A DNA stretch of 56,299 nt from a virus (taxonomy: Duplodnaviria; Caudoviricetes): positions 1-56,299 of IMG/VR virus record IMGVR_UViG_3300021368_000027; one strand, given 5' to 3'. Position 1 is the first letter of the stretch. Each line of letters begins with the position of its first letter. A model generated the notes under the pieces. That model was not told the origin of the DNA. It saw only the letters and a program-made list of their open reading frames with translations, and did no database searches. Shown piece by piece: positions 52,990-56,299 of this stretch. The position numbers were made by a program, and so were the translations under genes.

Positions 52990-53958
52990 CTACTTTCTAG
53001 TCATATCATAAATAAAATTTCCAGAGCGCTGGGCTTCCATAATTTCTTCCTGGCGCTTCTCATATTCTTTTATAGACATATTTGCTACTTCAGATTCACG
53101 AATCATCTTTTTACTATCGTCTGCTTCTGGTTTAGCTCCTTTAGTCTTTACTGAAGACGCTGCAGCTTTCTCTGCTGTGTTGTCTTTCTTGACCTTAGTA
53201 TTAATACCTGTATCAACTTTATATAAATCAATAACACGTGATACAGATTTTGCATCATCCATGTTTTCATATAAAGCATCTTGTACCCACTTAGGCTGTT
53301 CTTTAGCCCAATTATGAAATGAATCATCTTCACGTATTTGTGCAAAGTCAGGATGCATACCTGCTAACTCAGCTTCAGCTTTTTCACGTTTAGCTGTAAT
53401 GCGTAACTCTTCTAGTTCAGCCATACGTTTTTCAAGATCCTGAGAGGCAGACTTAGATTTTTTATCAGCTATAGTTTCTATAATAGATGCTACATCAGGA
53501 TACTCTTTTGTCCATGCCTCTAATTCTTCATCTGACTTAGGGAGAACAAGCTCTTGTTTAGCTGCTTTAGATAACTGTGCTTCTAACGCTTCTATCTTAG
53601 CGGCAAACTCTTCTTCTTTCTTTTGTTGATGTCTGCGTAAATCACCATAACGTTTCTTAAAGTTTTTCTCTTCAGCACTTAGCTCATCATCTTCTTGTGC
53701 TTTGGCTTCTGGTTTTTCTTCTTGTTTGGGATCACTCTCTGCCTGTACTGGTTCAGCTTCAGGCTCTTCGCTACTGGGTTGATCTTCAGTACTTTCTTCA
53801 TCTGTAATACCTTTAGCAGCACGTGCTTGCTTCATCAGTTCTTTTAGTTCTTCTTCATCCTGCTTTATACGTGCTTCGTTACGTGCATAGGATTGTGAGT
53901 TCATTTGGACACTTCTTATGTCTTGCTTCTCATGAAGCATAGTTCCACCTTCAGCCAT
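52990..53958 (-). CDS. Capsid scaffolding protein
   Basis: Highly charged coiled coil, FKKRYGDLRRH, HPDF, C-terminal I.EA..SG helix; directly upstream of capsid. Confidence 0.82.
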   Translation of the reverse strand: MAEGGTMLHEKQDIRSVQMNSQSYARNEARIKQDEEELKELMKQARAAKGITDEESTEDQPSSEEPEAEPVQAESDPKQEEKPEAKAQEDDELSAEEKNFKKRYGDLRRHQQKKEEEFAAKIEALEAQLSKAAKQELVLPKSDEELEAWTKEYPDVASIIETIADKKSKSASQDLEKRMAELEELRITAKREKAEAELAGMHPDFAQIREDDSFHNWAKEQPKWVQDALYENMDDAKSVSRVIDLYKVDTGINTKVKKDNTAEKAAASSVKTKGAKPEADDSKKMIRESEVANMSIKEYEKRQEEIMEAQRSGNFIYDMTRK

Positions 53959-53982
53959 ATTTATTCTCCTTTTATGTTGGGG

Positions 53983-53996
53983 TCAGCCGTAGCTGA
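53983..53996 (-). other. cUACGg tetraloop hairpin in scaffold leader
   Basis: TCAGC-TACG-GCTGA about 10 nt upstream of RBS AAGGAGA. Confidence 0.55.
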
Positions 53997-54008
53997 GTGG
54001 CCTTATAG

Positions 54009-55541
54009 TTATTTGGATTTTTTCTTTTTATTCTTCATCAAGCCGCCTTTGTTAAGACCTGATATACCGAATCTGCTGTCTAATTCTGCTCCACCTTTTT
54101 TCTCTGAGGAGCCTAGTCCTCTAGTAGCACTTTTTGCCTCTCCTGTTTTTCTATTGGTAGATTTTCCTTGTAGGTTTTTATTCTCCTGCTGTCTGTTTCT
54201 TCTGCGTTGAGAGTCTTTTTCTTGTCTAGTATTTCCTCTAGGTTTAGGCTTAGTCACCTTAAAACTTCTATCTTCAGCATAAGGATCAAGAGCAGGATCT
54301 GCATAAGCAGGTTTACCCAATGCTTTTTCTTTTGCTATCGCATCTATTTCTTCTACTTTCTGCATTATCTCAGGATCAAGCCCTGCATCAGATTCAGTAA
54401 CTTCTGGTGTATATACTTCTGGTGTATATATACCCTGATCAGGAGCTAAAGTAGGATCACTGTAGTCTACATCAGGTGTAACAGGTTTAGGTATTTGTCC
54501 TACAATTCTTTCTAACTCTTTGCCTGTAACTTTGTCCAATATAGTTTTAATCAACCCAGGTTCTTCTCTATTTGCAATCTCTAATAAATTGTTGAGTCGC
54601 ATCTTATCTACTTCAGTTGTAGCTGGATCAGTTAACCTTCTTTCTATTTCTGCTTTAGTCCTACGTGTTTGATCCCACATAGCTATCTTACCTATAACAG
54701 TAGCACCTATCATCTTAGAAGCCATGCTTTTTTGACCATTTACCATGTCTTTAAGTTCTTCTAATGACAACTCTTTATAGTTTATAGGAGTAGGTGCAGG
54801 AGCAGCAGAACCACCTCCACCACCACCGCCTGACGATGCTTCTGGTTGGCTATCAGGTGTAGTTGTGACAGTATCACCTACAGGAAAGTATCCATCAGGA
54901 ATAGGAGTTATAGGCTCTCCGTTTAAGAACATAATAACTATCTTATGTCCTTCTGCATTCATGTAAGTACGTGCTTCAAACGCAGAAGTAGTAGCTACTC
55001 CTGTTGGAACAGTACCAGCTTCTGACATATCAAAGCCACCTTTTTGGTCATAGAATACGTCACCACCTTCATCGTACTTACCACCAAAGTTTATTTGTTC
55101 TGCTATAGACTTACCTTTAAGTTTCTTTTCCTCTTCTTCTTTTTCTTTTAGAAGTTGAGATAAGTAGTACATAATTTTTTCATAACGATTTTTAAACTTA
55201 GGCTCTTTCTTCTTAGCCACACCGCCATCGTCCATAGCCTGTACAACTTCAATATCATCCATTGACAACTCTAATTCGTCTTCAATAGGATCTCCTCCTA
55301 TTCGACCATTAGCAGCCATATCATCGAAACCCATCTTGGCTTGCATACGAAGATCTTCAAAAAACTTAACGCCATAGTATCTAACAACATCAGCAGGTAC
55401 AACATACTCACCTTCGCTTAATTGCGCTGGTATGTCATCACGAACTTCTTCTGGTAAGGAGCCTGTTGGTACTTCATTACCTGATATGGGGTCTACTCCA
55501 CGTGTACCAAAGTTCATTTCCATTTGATCTTCAAGCGCCAT
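54009..55541 (-). CDS. Head-module protein with DxxPAxLSxGEYV domain
   Basis: VRDDIPAQLSEGEYVVPADVVRYYG; MDDGG, YDEGG, LNKGG motifs; between portal and scaffold. Confidence 0.75.
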   Translation of the reverse strand: MALEDQMEMNFGTRGVDPISGNEVPTGSLPEEVRDDIPAQLSEGEYVVPADVVRYYGVKFFEDLRMQAKMGFDDMAANGRIGGDPIEDELELSMDDIEVVQAMDDGGVAKKKEPKFKNRYEKIMYYLSQLLKEKEEEEKKLKGKSIAEQINFGGKYDEGGDVFYDQKGGFDMSEAGTVPTGVATTSAFEARTYMNAEGHKIVIMFLNGEPITPIPDGYFPVGDTVTTTPDSQPEASSGGGGGGGSAAPAPTPINYKELSLEELKDMVNGQKSMASKMIGATVIGKIAMWDQTRRTKAEIERRLTDPATTEVDKMRLNNLLEIANREEPGLIKTILDKVTGKELERIVGQIPKPVTPDVDYSDPTLAPDQGIYTPEVYTPEVTESDAGLDPEIMQKVEEIDAIAKEKALGKPAYADPALDPYAEDRSFKVTKPKPRGNTRQEKDSQRRRNRQQENKNLQGKSTNRKTGEAKSATRGLGSSEKKGGAELDSRFGISGLNKGGLMKNKKKKSK

Positions 55542-55722
55542 TTACTGTCTCCTTCAGTAGCTTTAGCTTTCTAAGTACGTCTATCGCACCCTGTTGTCTG
55601 TACACTATCACAGCATCATTAGCTGATTCCATTGTACGCTGTCTTATATAGATTAAATCATCTATGTGTTTTTGAAACTCTTCGTATAGTTCTTTGTTAT
55701 TGACCAACTGCTTGAGGTGCAT
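55531..55722 (-). CDS. Small conserved protein after portal
   Basis: 63 aa, YRQQG...LR.L..L pattern typical of post-portal genes. Confidence 0.7.
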   Translation of the reverse strand: MHLKQLVNNKELYEEFQKHIDDLIYIRQRTMESANDAVIVYRQQGAIDVLRKLKLLKETVNGA

Positions 55723-56299
55723 TTCCTGTGAATCCTTGTTCTTCAGGCATAGGTGCTGTACCTATACCTATTTGTGATCCTCCACCTCCTGATGTGTCAG
55801 CTACGTCCTGTACACCCTGACCTTCTGGACCTGCTGGTTGTGGAGCAGGTGCTTGAAAGCCTTTTAGTATCTCAGCCTGTATAGCTGCGTCACCCATAGA
55901 ATTAGTAACCTTATCAGGGTCTAAGTCCATGCTCTTCGCAATCTCTCGTATAATATAATCCATTTTTGCAAAAGGTGCAAGTACTGGATTTTGTGCAACC
56001 TGCAAGAACTGCATCAAGCGCTGGCTACGTACTTCGTTAGCCATTAAGCTTTCTGTACCTGATGCATGTACCTCTAGATCACCACGTATCTCTTCATCAA
56101 AGTCAAACTGCATATTAAATGCAAAGAATGCTTTGCCTAAAGGACGTATAAGATAATCATCTACGTTCTTAACAACCGTTCTGATACTTCCGTTGGCAGC
56201 AGACATAAGCATACTAATACCAGAAGCAGTACGACCAACACCACTAACACCTGTTTGTCCGTGTGCGAATGATGGGAATCCCGTTGACTCATCAGCTAA
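55697..56299 (-). CDS. Portal protein, C-terminal part (5' end outside the window)
   Basis: Frame open to window end: LADESTGFPSFAHGQTGVSGVGRTASGISMLMSAANGSIRTVVKNVDD...; RTA.G..ML motif of P22-like portals. Confidence 0.88.
   Translation of the reverse strand, partial: LADESTGFPSFAHGQTGVSGVGRTASGISMLMSAANGSIRTVVKNVDDYLIRPLGKAFFAFNMQFDFDEEIRGDLEVHASGTESLMANEVRSQRLMQFLQVAQNPVLAPFAKMDYIIREIAKSMDLDPDKVTNSMGDAAIQAEILKGFQAPAPQPAGPEGQGVQDVADTSGGGGSQIGIGTAPMPEEQGFTGNAPQAVGQ

Larger units (their letters stand above)
1..56299. mobile_element. HMO-2011-type podovirus genome (near complete, permuted)
   Basis: Integrase-primase-helicase-PolA(DnaJ) order, NrdJ, MazG, no RNAP, opposite-strand structural arm; no host genes in the window. 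Confidence 0.88.

Noticed and set aside
1-56299. Stop-codon reassignment, tRNA genes, introns or inteins
   Set aside because: Genes tile densely under the standard code; no cloverleaf recognised; pol, nrdJ and helicase are uninterrupted and of normal length.

Overview
Near-complete, circularly permuted genome of a marine podovirus of the HMO-2011 type, probably infecting an Alphaproteobacterium (Roseobacter/SAR116-like; host is inferred). The diagnostic feature is a family A DNA polymerase with an inserted DnaJ-type CxxCxGxG zinc finger. The window opens inside the terminase large subunit and closes inside the portal gene, so roughly the TerL C-terminus and portal N-terminus are missing. A ~1.2 kb non-coding control region (5010-6207) separates two arms. 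The + strand arm (6208-22636) holds many small early ORFs, a gp88-like protein, tyrosine integrase, primase, helicase, PolA, nucleases, MazG and class II ribonucleotide reductase. The - strand arm holds portal, scaffold, major capsid, an unusually large (~19 kb) tail/receptor-binding block, internal virion proteins, LysM-lysozyme, an envelope-protein cluster, small basic proteins and terminases. No RNA polymerase, CI-like repressor, tRNA, CRISPR array or reverse transcriptase was recognised. Most notable observations: (1) a candidate small RNA with its own promoter and terminator that displays anti-Shine-Dalgarno (cuckoo-like CCUCCUCC) motifs, on the same strand as an unannotated DUF1127 small protein, while the early genes mostly carry GGAGGA ribosome-binding sites; (2) two tandem alphaproteobacterial LexA boxes in the control region of an integrase-positive, apparently repressor-less phage; (3) a recurrent [MFYL]xxGG peptide tag in late proteins, with a DxxPAxLSxGE-domain protein at the head-maturation position; (4) a G5-tract split of one of three paralogous GNATDFGD-repeat tail proteins. 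All family assignments come from motif recognition by eye; no database search was run.
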